Assembly: GCF_001881565.1 (NCBI RefSeq)
Contig: NZ_MPDJ01000001.1
Span: 125,966 to 189,965 of the forward strand
Length of the DNA: 64,000 nt
Direction of reading: 5' to 3'
Source of the DNA: Eisenbergiella tayi
GTDB taxonomy: Bacteria; Bacillota; Clostridia; Lachnospirales; Lachnospiraceae
Of the stretch, positions 25,875 to 36,347 are shown piece after piece; the stretch's first letter is position 1; the number at the start of each line of letters is the position of its first letter. Below the pieces are notes generated by a model that saw nothing but the letters and a program-made list of their open reading frames with translations, had not been told where the DNA came from and searched no databases. Both the position numbers and the translations under genes were made by a program.

Positions 25875-28310
25875 CTATTCTCCCGTTTCGCCGCTTCCGG
25901 CCATTATCTTCAGCGTACACTCCGCCTTCCCTGTCATACCTTCTATAAAAATCCTCAGGCTGCCTGTTTCCCCGACCGTCCGAACCCAGAAAGAAGAGCT
26001 CCCGCCGATCAGCGGGAAACGTGCCGGCCCAATCAATCTGCCCGGGCCTTCCAGCGTCACCTCCACGCACTCCTGAATAAAAGGCATCCGATTGCCCATA
26101 TTATCGATGGCCTCCACCGTGATTCTCGTGGCGTCATAGGTATCCCCATCCGTGAAAAGAACGGTGTCATCCGCTTTCACAGCAATTCCCGCGGCATATT
26201 TTCCTTCCCCGATTTCACGCCGGCAGACAGCCCTGTCATCCAAATATCCCTCTAGCACCAGATTATTCGAAGCGTCACCCCAGCCGCCCGCAGATTTAAT
26301 CACAGTTGTGACCAGCCCTCTCATATCAAGGCCATACTTCTGCGCCATTTTAGCCAGATAAGCGATATCCTCCTGCGTTAATCCGGTCAGTGTCCCTTCC
26401 TTCATTCTCTTTCCCAGATATTCCTGAAACTGCAGTCTGTCTTCCTCAGAAAAAACGGAAAGCACATCCGCTTCCATCAGATGCACAATCATCACCGGCG
26501 GATGCGCAAGATGAGGAAACTCCTCCTTCTGGGGATAAAAATCCGCAACCTGCTTCCCGTTTTTATATACCCTGACAAAATCACAATTCGTCATCACATA
26601 AAAAGGAACCATCCCTCCGCCATCTTTTTCCCCGCGGCTTGCCGCCGTAACAGGCTCCATCACAATCTGCCGCTTCGGATCCTTCTGAGAGGAATAGGCA
26701 TATGCCGCGTATTTGGGATTACGGAACATATCCATGACACCATGATAACAGATCTTATCGCCCGACCCGAAGCATCCATGGGTATGGTAATCGAATGCGC
26801 ACCAGCTTATGCCGCCTGCCAGATCCTCTCTGCCCAGGCTTTCGTTGATCACCCGCAGATGCCGGAGCGTATGTTCTGTCAGACGCTGTTCCTGATCAAA
26901 TCGTTTTGTGGGATACATATGCCCGTTACTCTCGGTAACCAGGAGCGGCACCGGGTATTCCAGGCCGGTTGTATCCGGCTGGGGACGAAAGACCTCTTTC
27001 CCGCCGTCATGTGTAAAATCATTATAGGTATATACATCCTCCAGCAGCTCGCTGCGCTGGATATACCGGGTTCCTCCCGTCTGCCTGCCGCCATCCAGAC
27101 TGTGAGCCAGCGCATTTGTCCGTTCGTAAAAGCTGTGGTCGTCCTGCGATTCATTGATGCGCACTCCCCAGAGCACGATTGAGGGACGGTTGTAATCCCG
27201 GATGATCATATCCTCCAGTTCTTTCAGGGAACGTTCCTTCCACGCCTCGTCACCGATATGCTGCCAGCCCGGAATTTCCTCCATTACCAGTAAGCCCAGC
27301 TCATCACAGGCATCCAGGAAATGCCTCGACTGCGGATAATGGCTGGTCCTTACCATGTTGCATCCCAGTTCCTCTTTCAATACCTGCGCATCCTTCCGCT
27401 GTATCCGGCGCGGCATGGCATAGCCTGCATAGGGCCAGGACTGATGGCGGTTCAGGCCGATCAGCTTCATTTTCCGTCCGTTCAGGAAAAATCCCTCCGG
27501 CGTAAAACGCGCGAGCCGGAATCCAAATCTCTCACGGCAGATATCCCGCTCTTTCGAAACCGCAACTTCGGCTTCTGCCGTATACAGCGCCGGCGTATCC
27601 GGCTCCCATAATTCGATTCCTTTCAGATCCGAAAGGGTAACCAGATATTTTCCTTTCCCCTGCTGCAGGGCAACTTCTTCCGTCTTTTCCCCAACCCTGT
27701 CTCCCTGCGGGGAATACAGCGTCACCTTCACCATAGCTTTACACGCCTGCCGGGCCGTGATTTCACAGCTGCAGTGCAGCGTTTTTTCTTCCTCCAGCGG
27801 TTCGGGGCAGTCCAGAAACAGCCGTGACAGATGCACCGGTTCCGCCGCGGTCAGCCATGCCTCCCGGTAAATGCCTCCATAAGTCAGGTAATCCACCACA
27901 TTGCCAAAGGGCGGGATATCCTTTCGTTCCGTAGAATCCACCTTCACGATCAGGATATTCTCTTCCCCCGGCTTTACCGCTTTTGTCAAATCCACCTGAA
28001 ACGGCGTGAAGCCGCCTTCGTGTCCGCCAACAGGAATCCCATTGCACCAGACTTCGCAGGCCAGCATCACTCCTTCAAATTCCAGCAGAAGGGTTTTATC
28101 CTCCCATTCCCTTTTCACCCGGAAAATCTTCTTATAGCAGCTGATAAACTGACACTCCGCTTCATCAAAACAGTTATAGGGAAGAATTTTGTTGGTATGC
28201 GGCAGCTCCACCTGTACATATCCTTCCGTTTCCGCCGCACCAAACGGATCCGCAGCGTCAAAAGAGGGCTTGTAAAGCCAGTTGTCATTAAATGCAGTTC
28301 TTTCCTTCAA
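25875..28310 (-). CDS. Glycoside hydrolase family 2 glycosidase (beta-galactosidase-like), last gene of the mel-type operon
   Basis: GH2 sugar-binding N-domain. TIM-barrel block NMVRTSHYPQSRHFLDACDELGLLVMEEIPGW. 811 aa. Confidence 0.8.
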   Translation of the reverse strand: MKERTAFNDNWLYKPSFDAADPFGAAETEGYVQVELPHTNKILPYNCFDEAECQFISCYKKIFRVKREWEDKTLLLEFEGVMLACEVWCNGIPVGGHEGGFTPFQVDLTKAVKPGEENILIVKVDSTERKDIPPFGNVVDYLTYGGIYREAWLTAAEPVHLSRLFLDCPEPLEEEKTLHCSCEITARQACKAMVKVTLYSPQGDRVGEKTEEVALQQGKGKYLVTLSDLKGIELWEPDTPALYTAEAEVAVSKERDICRERFGFRLARFTPEGFFLNGRKMKLIGLNRHQSWPYAGYAMPRRIQRKDAQVLKEELGCNMVRTSHYPQSRHFLDACDELGLLVMEEIPGWQHIGDEAWKERSLKELEDMIIRDYNRPSIVLWGVRINESQDDHSFYERTNALAHSLDGGRQTGGTRYIQRSELLEDVYTYNDFTHDGGKEVFRPQPDTTGLEYPVPLLVTESNGHMYPTKRFDQEQRLTEHTLRHLRVINESLGREDLAGGISWCAFDYHTHGCFGSGDKICYHGVMDMFRNPKYAAYAYSSQKDPKRQIVMEPVTAASRGEKDGGGMVPFYVMTNCDFVRVYKNGKQVADFYPQKEEFPHLAHPPVMIVHLMEADVLSVFSEEDRLQFQEYLGKRMKEGTLTGLTQEDIAYLAKMAQKYGLDMRGLVTTVIKSAGGWGDASNNLVLEGYLDDRAVCRREIGEGKYAAGIAVKADDTVLFTDGDTYDATRITVEAIDNMGNRMPFIQECVEVTLEGPGRLIGPARFPLIGGSSSFWVRTVGETGSLRIFIEGMTGKAECTLKIMAGSGETGE

Positions 28311-28415
28311 TTCTCTTCCTTTCTCCGCAGGCGCCGGATATTCTGGCGCCTGCAGTTTCCGATTTTATTTTCCAGCAACTGTAAAGCCGCAATGCAGTCT
28401 TTTTTATCTATAGGA

Positions 28416-29825
28416 TTATTTATCGCTTTCCTTCTGTGCACGGCGTTCCTTGAGCTCCTCCATGATCTGCGCATGCCTTTCCTCCGTCAGGCTGTAGAAG
28501 AACATGGGAATCGCGCCGATCATCATGACAATGCCCGGCAGGAACGAAACCACAAAGTGGAAGGCTCCCATTGTCTGTGCGGACTGTGCCACGTTGGGCA
28601 CGTAGCCGGTCATGGTTAGGACCGCAGCAACGGCAACGCCGACCAGTGCGGATGCAGCCTTTGTAATCAGGGTACGTGTGGAGGTGATCACGCCTTCATT
28701 TCTCTGTCCGGTCATCCATTCCCCATACTCAATCGTATCCGCCGTCATGGAGCTGATTACAACAAAGGATGCTCCTACGCAGAGAATCTGCAGCGCTCCC
28801 ATTAAGAGGACAAGGGGAATGCTTCCATATCCCACCAGCCAGAATATCGCACTGATTACAAGGTTTGCGATCATCAGCCCTAAAAGGGTCTTTTTCTTTC
28901 CCACCAGCTTTGTCAGGAAAGGCGCTGCCGCCGTTCCCAGAAGTATGCTCGGCAGGGTGATCAGGCTCATCAGCGACATCAGCTTTACATCTCCCAGTGT
29001 ATAGGTTGTATAATAATAATTCAATGTCATCTTCATGATAAATGCCAGGTTTATGACAAGGTTGGTAATCATGATACAGAACAGGGGCTTATTGGTAAAA
29101 AGAGATTTGAATGCCAGCGCAAAGCTGAACTTTTCCGTAGGGGCCTGCACATGCTCACGTACCAGCCCGAAACAGGTCAGATACAGAGAACAGCCGACAA
29201 CCGCGAATATGACTGCGGTCATGAAGTATGCATGGGCACTGCCGGTTCCGCCGAAAGCTACCAGCAGGATCGGAATGAGCATATTGCCCACTGTGGTTGC
29301 CAGATTGGTTCCCAGTGTCGCTGTTGTAAATATTTTCGTCCGTTCCGTGGGATCACTCGTCATGGCCGCAGGGAGGCTCCAATAGGGAATATCCACGCTG
29401 GTAAAAGCCATTCCCATCAATATGTAGGTAACCGCTGCATAAATAATATTTCCCATCGTTCCGAAATGGGGCACGGTAAAGTTTAAAACCAGGCAGGCCG
29501 CCACAACGGCCGGCATCCGCAGAAGCCAGCAGCGGTAACGCCCAAACCGGCTTTTGGAGCGGTCGGCCATGATTCCCATCATAGGGTCATTGACCGCATC
29601 CCAGATCCTGGCAAACAGGAAGATGCCTGCCATCACCGCCGGATTCATGCCGAATACATCCGTATAAAAAGCCGTGATAAAGCCGCTCCACAGTGCATAT
29701 ACCGTATTCTGTCCCACGCCGCCCAGGGCGTGCCCAAGCACTTCCTTTCCCGATGCCATGTTTTTGTGTTTTACCGGTTTTTCCATATCCGAACCATACT
29801 TGTTCCGGGTCATTGTTTCACTCAT
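28416..29825 (-). CDS. melB: Glycoside-pentoside-hexuronide (GPH):cation symporter, melibiose permease-like
   Basis: Twelve TM MFS fold. GPH blocks shared with E. coli melibiose permease (ARIWDAVNDPMMG, DIPYWSL). Immediately downstream of melA. Confidence 0.7.
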   Translation of the reverse strand: MSETMTRNKYGSDMEKPVKHKNMASGKEVLGHALGGVGQNTVYALWSGFITAFYTDVFGMNPAVMAGIFLFARIWDAVNDPMMGIMADRSKSRFGRYRCWLLRMPAVVAACLVLNFTVPHFGTMGNIIYAAVTYILMGMAFTSVDIPYWSLPAAMTSDPTERTKIFTTATLGTNLATTVGNMLIPILLVAFGGTGSAHAYFMTAVIFAVVGCSLYLTCFGLVREHVQAPTEKFSFALAFKSLFTNKPLFCIMITNLVINLAFIMKMTLNYYYTTYTLGDVKLMSLMSLITLPSILLGTAAAPFLTKLVGKKKTLLGLMIANLVISAIFWLVGYGSIPLVLLMGALQILCVGASFVVISSMTADTIEYGEWMTGQRNEGVITSTRTLITKAASALVGVAVAAVLTMTGYVPNVAQSAQTMGAFHFVVSFLPGIVMMIGAIPMFFYSLTEERHAQIMEELKERRAQKESDK

Positions 29826-29894
29826 AAGAAATCCTCTCCTTTTTATAGATTACCGGCAGGCCCCGGCACTGCTTCCCCCTGCCTGCCACAACGG

Positions 29895-31268
29895 TTACTT
29901 AAATTCCGGCAGCCAGCTGCCATGCGCCTCGATCAGTTCATCCACCATGCTGCGTATTTCATCCATGGTAAGCTCCGCAGCCGTATGGGGATCCAGCATC
30001 GCCGCCTGGTAAATACATTCCCGGCTTCGTGTCAGCGCCGCGTCCACGGTCAGCTGCTGCATTCCGATATTGCTCATATTCAAAGCCGCCAGCTGGTGCG
30101 GCAGGTTCCCCACATGGCAGGGCTGGATTCCCCCCTGTCCCGCCACGCAGGTCACCTCCACACAGCAGTCCTTCGGCAGGTTTTCAATCAGCCCGTCATT
30201 CATGACGTTTCCTGCGAAGGTAAAGGGCTTCCCTGTCTCCAGCGCCTCCAGAATATAGGACGGATATTCATGGGTACGCGTATGGGTCAGCTTCTCATTG
30301 CCCACCAGCTGATTTTTCAGCTGCTTCCAGTGTTCGATTTGAATCCGGCAGCGCCGGGGATATTCATCCAGGGGGATCTGGTATTTTTCGATCAGCTCCG
30401 GATGGTTTTTCCGGATAAAATACGGCATGAATTCGGCGTTGTGTTCGCTGGATTCCGCGACATAACAGCCGAACTGCTTCATGATTTCAAAACGGACCAG
30501 ATCATCATGCTTCTCAGGAGTAAACTCATAATCCGGATACAGCAGCTGAGGGTAATCCTTCAGCATTTCTTTCGTATAGGGTTTGTAAACAGGGCCTTCC
30601 TTAGCGCGTCTTTTGATTTCCGGATAATAGTCCTCTCCGTTCCGCGTGATTTCCAGCAGCCAGGCCATATGATTGATTCCTGCTATCCTGTACTTCACAT
30701 GATCCTGGGGCAGTCCCAGCCGGTAAAGCAGCTGCGGCACACACACCTGAACGGAATGGCAGATTCCAACCGTCCTTATGGAGGATGACCGGAGCATAGC
30801 CATTGTGAGCATGGCCATGGGATTCGTATAATTTAAAAACAGGGCGTCCGGACAGACCTCTTCCATGTCCTCCGCAAAGTCCAGCATCACAGGAATCGTA
30901 CGCAGCGCCCTGAAAATCCCGCCGATTCCCACCGTGTCCCCGATAGTCTGGCGCAGACCATATTTTTTCGGAATCTCAAAATCCGTCACCGTACAGGGTT
31001 CATATCCGCCCACCTGAATGGCATTGATCACATACCTGGCTCCCCGCAGCGCTTCGCGGCGATCCCTGTATTTGACGATCCTCGCTTTCTGCCCGTTGGA
31101 ATTTTTATTGATATTCGAAAGCATCAGATAAGATTCCTCCAGACGCTCCGGATCAATATCGTACAGTGCATACTCAAATTCCCGTAAAGGCTCCGTCATC
31201 ATACAGTCTCCCAGCACATTTTTGGCAAAAACGGTGCTTCCCGCTCCCAAAAAAGTTATTTTGTCCAT
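29895..31268 (-). CDS. melA: GH4 alpha-galactosidase (NAD+/Mn2+-dependent)
   Basis: Collinear with E. coli alpha-galactosidase MelA: KITFLGAGSTVFAKNVLGD, YDIDPERLEES, GGYEPCTVTDFE, GICHSVQ, MLDPHTAA. Start MDKITF after a GGAGGAAGGG ribosome-binding site (ORF extends to 31349). Confidence 0.9.
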   Translation of the reverse strand: MDKITFLGAGSTVFAKNVLGDCMMTEPLREFEYALYDIDPERLEESYLMLSNINKNSNGQKARIVKYRDRREALRGARYVINAIQVGGYEPCTVTDFEIPKKYGLRQTIGDTVGIGGIFRALRTIPVMLDFAEDMEEVCPDALFLNYTNPMAMLTMAMLRSSSIRTVGICHSVQVCVPQLLYRLGLPQDHVKYRIAGINHMAWLLEITRNGEDYYPEIKRRAKEGPVYKPYTKEMLKDYPQLLYPDYEFTPEKHDDLVRFEIMKQFGCYVAESSEHNAEFMPYFIRKNHPELIEKYQIPLDEYPRRCRIQIEHWKQLKNQLVGNEKLTHTRTHEYPSYILEALETGKPFTFAGNVMNDGLIENLPKDCCVEVTCVAGQGGIQPCHVGNLPHQLAALNMSNIGMQQLTVDAALTRSRECIYQAAMLDPHTAAELTMDEIRSMVDELIEAHGSWLPEFK

Positions 31269-31440
31269 CCCTTCCTCCTTTTCCTTCTTTTTGTTTTGTA
31301 TATTCTGTACACCAAATATAGCACCGTACAAGGAGCTTTTCAGTATCATGAACAGATAGACAAAAACAGGGTGGTTACCGATTCAGACTTTCTGAAATCT
31401 AACCACCCTGTTTTCTCTTTTGGGAATCTCTATTATTTTG

Positions 31441-32487
31441 TTATTGTTCCTTCCGGTATGCTCCGGGAAGCATGCCGTACATATCAGAGAACATCCTGTT
31501 AAAATGTCCTTTATTGGAAAACCCAAGTCCATGGATAATATCATTGACACTTTTATCCGTGTGCTTCAGCTCTTCTGCCGCCCGCTGCAGCCGTATCCGC
31601 CGAAGATTGGAAGAATAATTTTCTCCGGTCATACGCACCAGGAAACGGTTCAGATAATCCGGGTTGAAATGAAAGAACGCGGCAAGGCCCGTCCTGTCCA
31701 CATCGGCAAGATGGTCCTCCATATACTTCAATATTTCAGCCACCAGGTTTTCCTCAATCTCACTTCGGCTCTGATAATGGCAGACGTAATTATGGTTTTC
31801 CGCCAACAGCCCGAACAGACGGACCAGATATCCTTTTATCACCAGATGATGCCCCGGAAGCTTCCTTTCATCCTCTTCCACAATCTGCTCCAGAAGAGCC
31901 TGCACCGGTGCGAAATTCTTCCGTCCGAACCAGATATACTGCTGATCCGTGCGGCCGTACTGGTTTTCCATAAATGCGGCTATTTCCGGATGAGGCGCAA
32001 AAAACCGGGTCAGTTCGCCTTTCAAAAAGCCGGAGGACAAGCCCATAAACAAAACCCTGTCCTCCATCCCGGATATTTCATCCCTGTGAATCACATTCGG
32101 ATTGAGCATACATACCTCTCCGGCCTTCAGCTCATGCAGAACCCCATTTATGGACTGGACATATTTTCCCCGCAGCACGAAAATAAGCTCCAGGTAATCA
32201 TGCCGGTGATAAGGCATCTGATAATGTCTTTCTCCTTCCGGCTGCGGAGACGGCGTTGCCGGATTCATAAAAAAATCTTTTCTGATCACATTGATTTTCT
32301 CTTCCGGAAGAAGCCCCTGCAAAAAACCGGCTCCGCTGTAGCTCTGCAGAATATGCAGCCGGGAAAGATAATCCGAATTTCTGATCTGCCATTCCAGCCT
32401 CTGTTTCTCCCCGGGCGCCGCTTCCCGGTACTCTTTGACCAACTGCCCCAGCTCTATCGCCGGGGCGAACCATGTTTCCATATCCAT
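31441..32487 (-). CDS. AraC family transcriptional regulator (MsmR-like), first gene of the mel locus
   Basis: Cupin-type sugar-binding N-domain. C-terminal AraC HTH (DKSVNDIIHGLGFSNKGHFNRMFSDMYGMLPGAYR). Confidence 0.85.
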   Translation of the reverse strand: MDMETWFAPAIELGQLVKEYREAAPGEKQRLEWQIRNSDYLSRLHILQSYSGAGFLQGLLPEEKINVIRKDFFMNPATPSPQPEGERHYQMPYHRHDYLELIFVLRGKYVQSINGVLHELKAGEVCMLNPNVIHRDEISGMEDRVLFMGLSSGFLKGELTRFFAPHPEIAAFMENQYGRTDQQYIWFGRKNFAPVQALLEQIVEEDERKLPGHHLVIKGYLVRLFGLLAENHNYVCHYQSRSEIEENLVAEILKYMEDHLADVDRTGLAAFFHFNPDYLNRFLVRMTGENYSSNLRRIRLQRAAEELKHTDKSVNDIIHGLGFSNKGHFNRMFSDMYGMLPGAYRKEQ

Positions 32488-32555
32488 ACCTGTATTTCCC
32501 CCCGCCCACTGCCGGACATTGACTGCTCCGGCAGCCTGTGCCAGTAAAAACCGCT

Positions 32556-35174
32556 TTACTGATGATGCTTAATCATTCCTGCCGCCTTGGCAATTTCCAG
32601 AACAATAATAGGAATTAATGCCAGTCCCAGGGCAATCAGATACAGATGTCCGGGAAGGGCTGTCAGGCCGAACACAAGGGCAAACGGAGGGACAAAGGTT
32701 ATCAGCGCAATCAGGAACAGGGACAGCGCCGCCGCGCCGTTCAAATATTTATTGGTAAAGAAGCCGGTTTTGAAAAGGGAATGGTTGGAACGCATATTAA
32801 AAGCATGGAATACCTGTGTGCTTGCCAATACCATAAAAGCCATGGTACGTCCGGCCTCTATCGTGCCGGTTTCGTTCCAGCCGAGCCAGAAGCCGAATAA
32901 GGTCAGCGCCGCAAACATAACACCCTGAAGCACAATCCGGACTCCCAGCCCATGAGCGAAGATTCCCTCATTTTTCGGCTTGGGTTTCTTCTCCATCACA
33001 TCGTCAGGCACCTTTTCCATTCCCAGCGCAATGGCGGGAAGGCTGTCGGTTACCAGGTTAATCCATAACAGCTGCATGGAAAGGAGCGGGCTCTGCTTCC
33101 AGAACAGCATGGAAAGAAATACGGTAAGCACCTCTCCGATATTGGTTCCCAGCAAAAAGGCAACCGCGTGTTTGATATTCCCGTAAATTCCCCGGCCTTC
33201 CTTCACTGCGGATACAATCGTGGTAAAGTTATCGTCCGTCAGCGTCATATCCGCCGCGCCTTTTGCCACGTCCGTTCCGGTAATTCCCATTGCACAGCCG
33301 ATATCGGCCGCCTTCAGTGCAGGCGCATCGTTCACGCCGTCACCGGTCATGGCGACAATCTCACCCTGATCCTGCCATGCTTTCACGATACGGATTTTAT
33401 CTTCCGGAGACACTCTGGCATATACGGATATATGGCGCACCTTTTCGGTAAGCTCCTTTTCACTCATTTCTCCCAGCTGAGCACCGGTAATGGCCTTATC
33501 TCCTTCTTCCAGGATCCCCAGATCCCGGGCAATGGCAGAAGCGGTAACCACATGATCCCCGGTAATCATCACAGGCTTGATGCCCGCCTTCCTGCAGACG
33601 GCAACCGCGTCACGTACCTCCGGACGGGGCGGATCAATCATACCCACCAGTCCCATAAAGGTAAGGCCGTTTTCCAGCTTCTGTATGGTCGGGTTTTCAG
33701 GCACCTCATCAATCTCCTTACAGCCGATCGCCAGCACACGGAGGGCGTCGGAACTCATGGAGTTTACCAGCTCCTGTGCTTTATCCATATCTCCTGAGGT
33801 ACAGATAGGAAGCATGGAATCAAAGGCGCCCTTGGTAATCACCACATTTTTTCCATCTATCCTGCACACCACCGTCATCAGCTTCCTGTCGGAATCAAAG
33901 GGCAGCTCGGTAAGCCTGGGATATTCCTGCGCGAGTTTTTCCTTGGGGCTTCCGTTTTTCATGGCTGCATAAACGATACAGGTTTCCGTAGGATCTCCGA
34001 TATGCTGGATCTCTCCGTCTTTTTCAATAACCGAGCCGTCACAGCAGAGAGAGCCGTACTCCAGAAGTCTTTTGATCTCAGGGGAATCCTGTCCCGAAAC
34101 ATCGGTAAGGCTGCCGCTTGCGGCATCGTAGGCTTTAACCAGGGTCATCCGGTTCTGGGTAAGGGTTCCTGTCTTATCAGAACAGATTACAGATGCGCTC
34201 CCCAGTGTTTCCACGGCGGGCAGCCTTCTGATGATGGCGTTCTGTTTTACCATCCTCTGGACGCCGATAGACAGAACGATGGTAACAATTGCGGGAAGCC
34301 CCTCGGGAATGGCTGATACCGCAAGGGAAACCGCTGTCATAAAGATTTCCATAACCGGAATACCGTCAATCAGGCCTATCACAAAAATGATCGCACATAC
34401 GGCAATAGCCAGAAATCCCAGATACTTGCCCAGCTGTGCCAGCTTCTGCTGCAGGGGAGTCTGTGTATCGCTTTCCCCTTCCAGAAGGCCTGCAATATGT
34501 CCCATCTCCGTATTCATACCGGTGGCTGTCACGACAGCCCGGCCGCGTCCGTAAGCCACGCTGCAACCGGAATAAATCATATTGGCCCGATCTCCCAGAG
34601 GAGCGTTTTCCTTTATCTGAAGAGAAGCGTCCTTCTCACTGGGAACCGATTCCCCTGTAAGCGCGGATTCCTCCGATTTCAGGCTGGCCGATTCTATCAG
34701 CCTGGCATCGGCAGGTATATTATCACCGGCTTCCACAAGAATAATATCCCCCGGCACCACCTGCACGGCATCGATTACCACTTCCTTGCCGTCACGGATA
34801 ACCCTGGCATGAGGCGCCGACATGCTCTGAAGGGCCTCCATGGCCTTTTCCGCCTTGCTTTCCTGCACCATTCCCATGATGGCGTTGAGAATAACAATAA
34901 GCAGAATCAGAAGCGGTTCAAAAAATTCAGATGTTTCATGTCCGTTGCACGCCACAATAAAAGAAACGACAGCCGCAGCGATCAGAATAAGTATCATCAC
35001 ATCCTTAAACTGCTCAAAAAAACGCTGCAGATTCGTTTTCTTTTTCTTAGCCCGCAGCTGGTTAGGGCCGTATTCCCGGAGACGTTCCTCTGCCCGGGTG
35101 CTTGTCAGCCCTTCTGTCCGGCTGCTCTGTAACCCGCTTACTACCGCATCCAACGATTCGCTGTATTGTGTCAT
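32556..35174 (-). CDS. P-type ATPase, P2-type Ca2+(/Mn2+)-transporting
   Basis: DKTGTLTQN phosphorylation site. TGES actuator loop. MTGDGVNDAPALKAADIGCAMG hinge. 10 TM helices. N-terminal cation-ATPase_N. Confidence 0.9.
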   Translation of the reverse strand: MTQYSESLDAVVSGLQSSRTEGLTSTRAEERLREYGPNQLRAKKKKTNLQRFFEQFKDVMILILIAAAVVSFIVACNGHETSEFFEPLLILLIVILNAIMGMVQESKAEKAMEALQSMSAPHARVIRDGKEVVIDAVQVVPGDIILVEAGDNIPADARLIESASLKSEESALTGESVPSEKDASLQIKENAPLGDRANMIYSGCSVAYGRGRAVVTATGMNTEMGHIAGLLEGESDTQTPLQQKLAQLGKYLGFLAIAVCAIIFVIGLIDGIPVMEIFMTAVSLAVSAIPEGLPAIVTIVLSIGVQRMVKQNAIIRRLPAVETLGSASVICSDKTGTLTQNRMTLVKAYDAASGSLTDVSGQDSPEIKRLLEYGSLCCDGSVIEKDGEIQHIGDPTETCIVYAAMKNGSPKEKLAQEYPRLTELPFDSDRKLMTVVCRIDGKNVVITKGAFDSMLPICTSGDMDKAQELVNSMSSDALRVLAIGCKEIDEVPENPTIQKLENGLTFMGLVGMIDPPRPEVRDAVAVCRKAGIKPVMITGDHVVTASAIARDLGILEEGDKAITGAQLGEMSEKELTEKVRHISVYARVSPEDKIRIVKAWQDQGEIVAMTGDGVNDAPALKAADIGCAMGITGTDVAKGAADMTLTDDNFTTIVSAVKEGRGIYGNIKHAVAFLLGTNIGEVLTVFLSMLFWKQSPLLSMQLLWINLVTDSLPAIALGMEKVPDDVMEKKPKPKNEGIFAHGLGVRIVLQGVMFAALTLFGFWLGWNETGTIEAGRTMAFMVLASTQVFHAFNMRSNHSLFKTGFFTNKYLNGAAALSLFLIALITFVPPFALVFGLTALPGHLYLIALGLALIPIIVLEIAKAAGMIKHHQ

Positions 35175-35175
35175 A

Positions 35176-35769
35176 TTATACTCCTCCTCCCTTTTTCAGG
35201 GAACCTGCAGGCAAGTGCATGGCCTGCTCAATAATGGTTATGATCTGCTCCATGGAAAGAAGCTGTTTCCTTGACTGGGCAAGCAGCCCTAAAATAAGAG
35301 TCCGCACCGTTTCCTCAGGATAGTCTATCGTAAGCACCCCGTCCCTTACCCCTTCCTCCAACAGGCGGTTTATCTGCCGCTGCAGCAGTTCATTGGCATC
35401 CTGGGCGATGGAATTGCCGGAAATCACCTCCAGCATATTAGCCAGATTCTTCTCTTCATCACCGGAAAATTGATCAATCATATGCATATACAGCACAATG
35501 AACTCCGATGCCTTCTGATAAAAAGTAAGAGATTCATCGGCCAGGATTCTTTCGGAATCTTCCCTGAGCTCCGACATAACCTCCTTTACCACTTCGTTTA
35601 CAATCTCATCCTTTGACTTGAAATAGTAGTAAAAAAGTCCTTTGGCCACTCCCACCTTATCCACGATCTGGCTGACCTGGGTATTCTTGATCCCGTTCCT
35701 GTCAAACAGTTCCCGGGCGGCTTTTACCAGCTCTGCCCTGCGTACTTCCGGTTCTTTGCTTATCCTCAT
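35176..35769 (-). CDS. TetR/AcrR family transcriptional regulator, translationally coupled to the P-type ATPase
   Basis: N-terminal TetR HTH (ELVKAARELFDRNGIKNTQVSQIVDKVGVAKGLFYYYFKSKDEI). Its stop lies 2 nt from the ATPase start. Confidence 0.85.
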   Translation of the reverse strand: MRISKEPEVRRAELVKAARELFDRNGIKNTQVSQIVDKVGVAKGLFYYYFKSKDEIVNEVVKEVMSELREDSERILADESLTFYQKASEFIVLYMHMIDQFSGDEEKNLANMLEVISGNSIAQDANELLQRQINRLLEEGVRDGVLTIDYPEETVRTLILGLLAQSRKQLLSMEQIITIIEQAMHLPAGSLKKGGGV

Positions 35770-35807
35770 CCTGTCACCTGCCTTACTGCCTTTTTGTGTA
35801 TTATAAC

Positions 35808-35841
35808 AACTGACTGACTTTTTGTAAATAGTTAGTCAGTT
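35808..35841. promoter_or_regulatory. Candidate TetR operator: aactgact-N18-agtcagtt inverted repeat upstream of the TetR-ATPase operon
   Basis: 8 bp inverted repeat. Shares the AACTGA/TCAGTT half-site with the palindrome upstream of the MFS-TetR operon at 57757. Confidence 0.4.
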
Positions 35842-35862
35842 TTGTTTACTGTTTTTTTATAT

Positions 35863-36167
35863 ATCAGTTATAGTTTGCACGTGCCCTGCGCCTTGTGCCC
35901 TCCGCCGGCCGGCTTGCCTTTCCGGTTCGGACTCTCTTCCCGGCGTGCCTGTGTACCCTGCAAAGGCCTTCTAAAAACGCCGGTCCTTAGATTGCGTCCT
36001 GTGCAATCTTAGTACCGCTGCGTTTTTGGCAGAGTGAAAGCGAGTGCAAGCACTCACTGGCGTGCCTGCGCAGGGTACACAGGCACGCCGGGAAGAGAGT
36101 CCGAACCGGAAAGGCAAGCCGGCCGGCGGAGGGCACAAGGCGCAGGGCACGTGCAAACTATAACTGA
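35863..36167. repeat. Long-hairpin intergenic repeat element, copy B: perfect 99 bp inverted arms around the conserved asymmetric core
   Basis: 35863..35961 is the exact reverse complement of 36069..36167. Core 35961..36068 contains aaaaacgccggtccttagattg...caatcttagtaccgctgcgttttt. Confidence 0.85.
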
Positions 36168-36347
36168 TATCATTTTCCCCTAACGGAGTGTTTTTACTCA
36201 ATTAAGATTATCTAAAGAATTCCTTCATAATCTTTATAGGATTTTTTGAATTATGACACACTTCGGACACATTTTTCCGGTATCATAAATGACAGATAGA
36301 TGAACAACAACTTATAAATTTTGTTGAAAACTATCTCCCCCCTCATA

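Noticed and set aside
29730-30788. 352 aa plus-strand ORF
   Set aside because: Antisense to melA, which is collinear with E. coli MelA.
31420-32547. 375 aa plus-strand ORF
   Set aside because: Antisense to the AraC regulator gene 31441..32487, which has a clear HTH. No domain signal.
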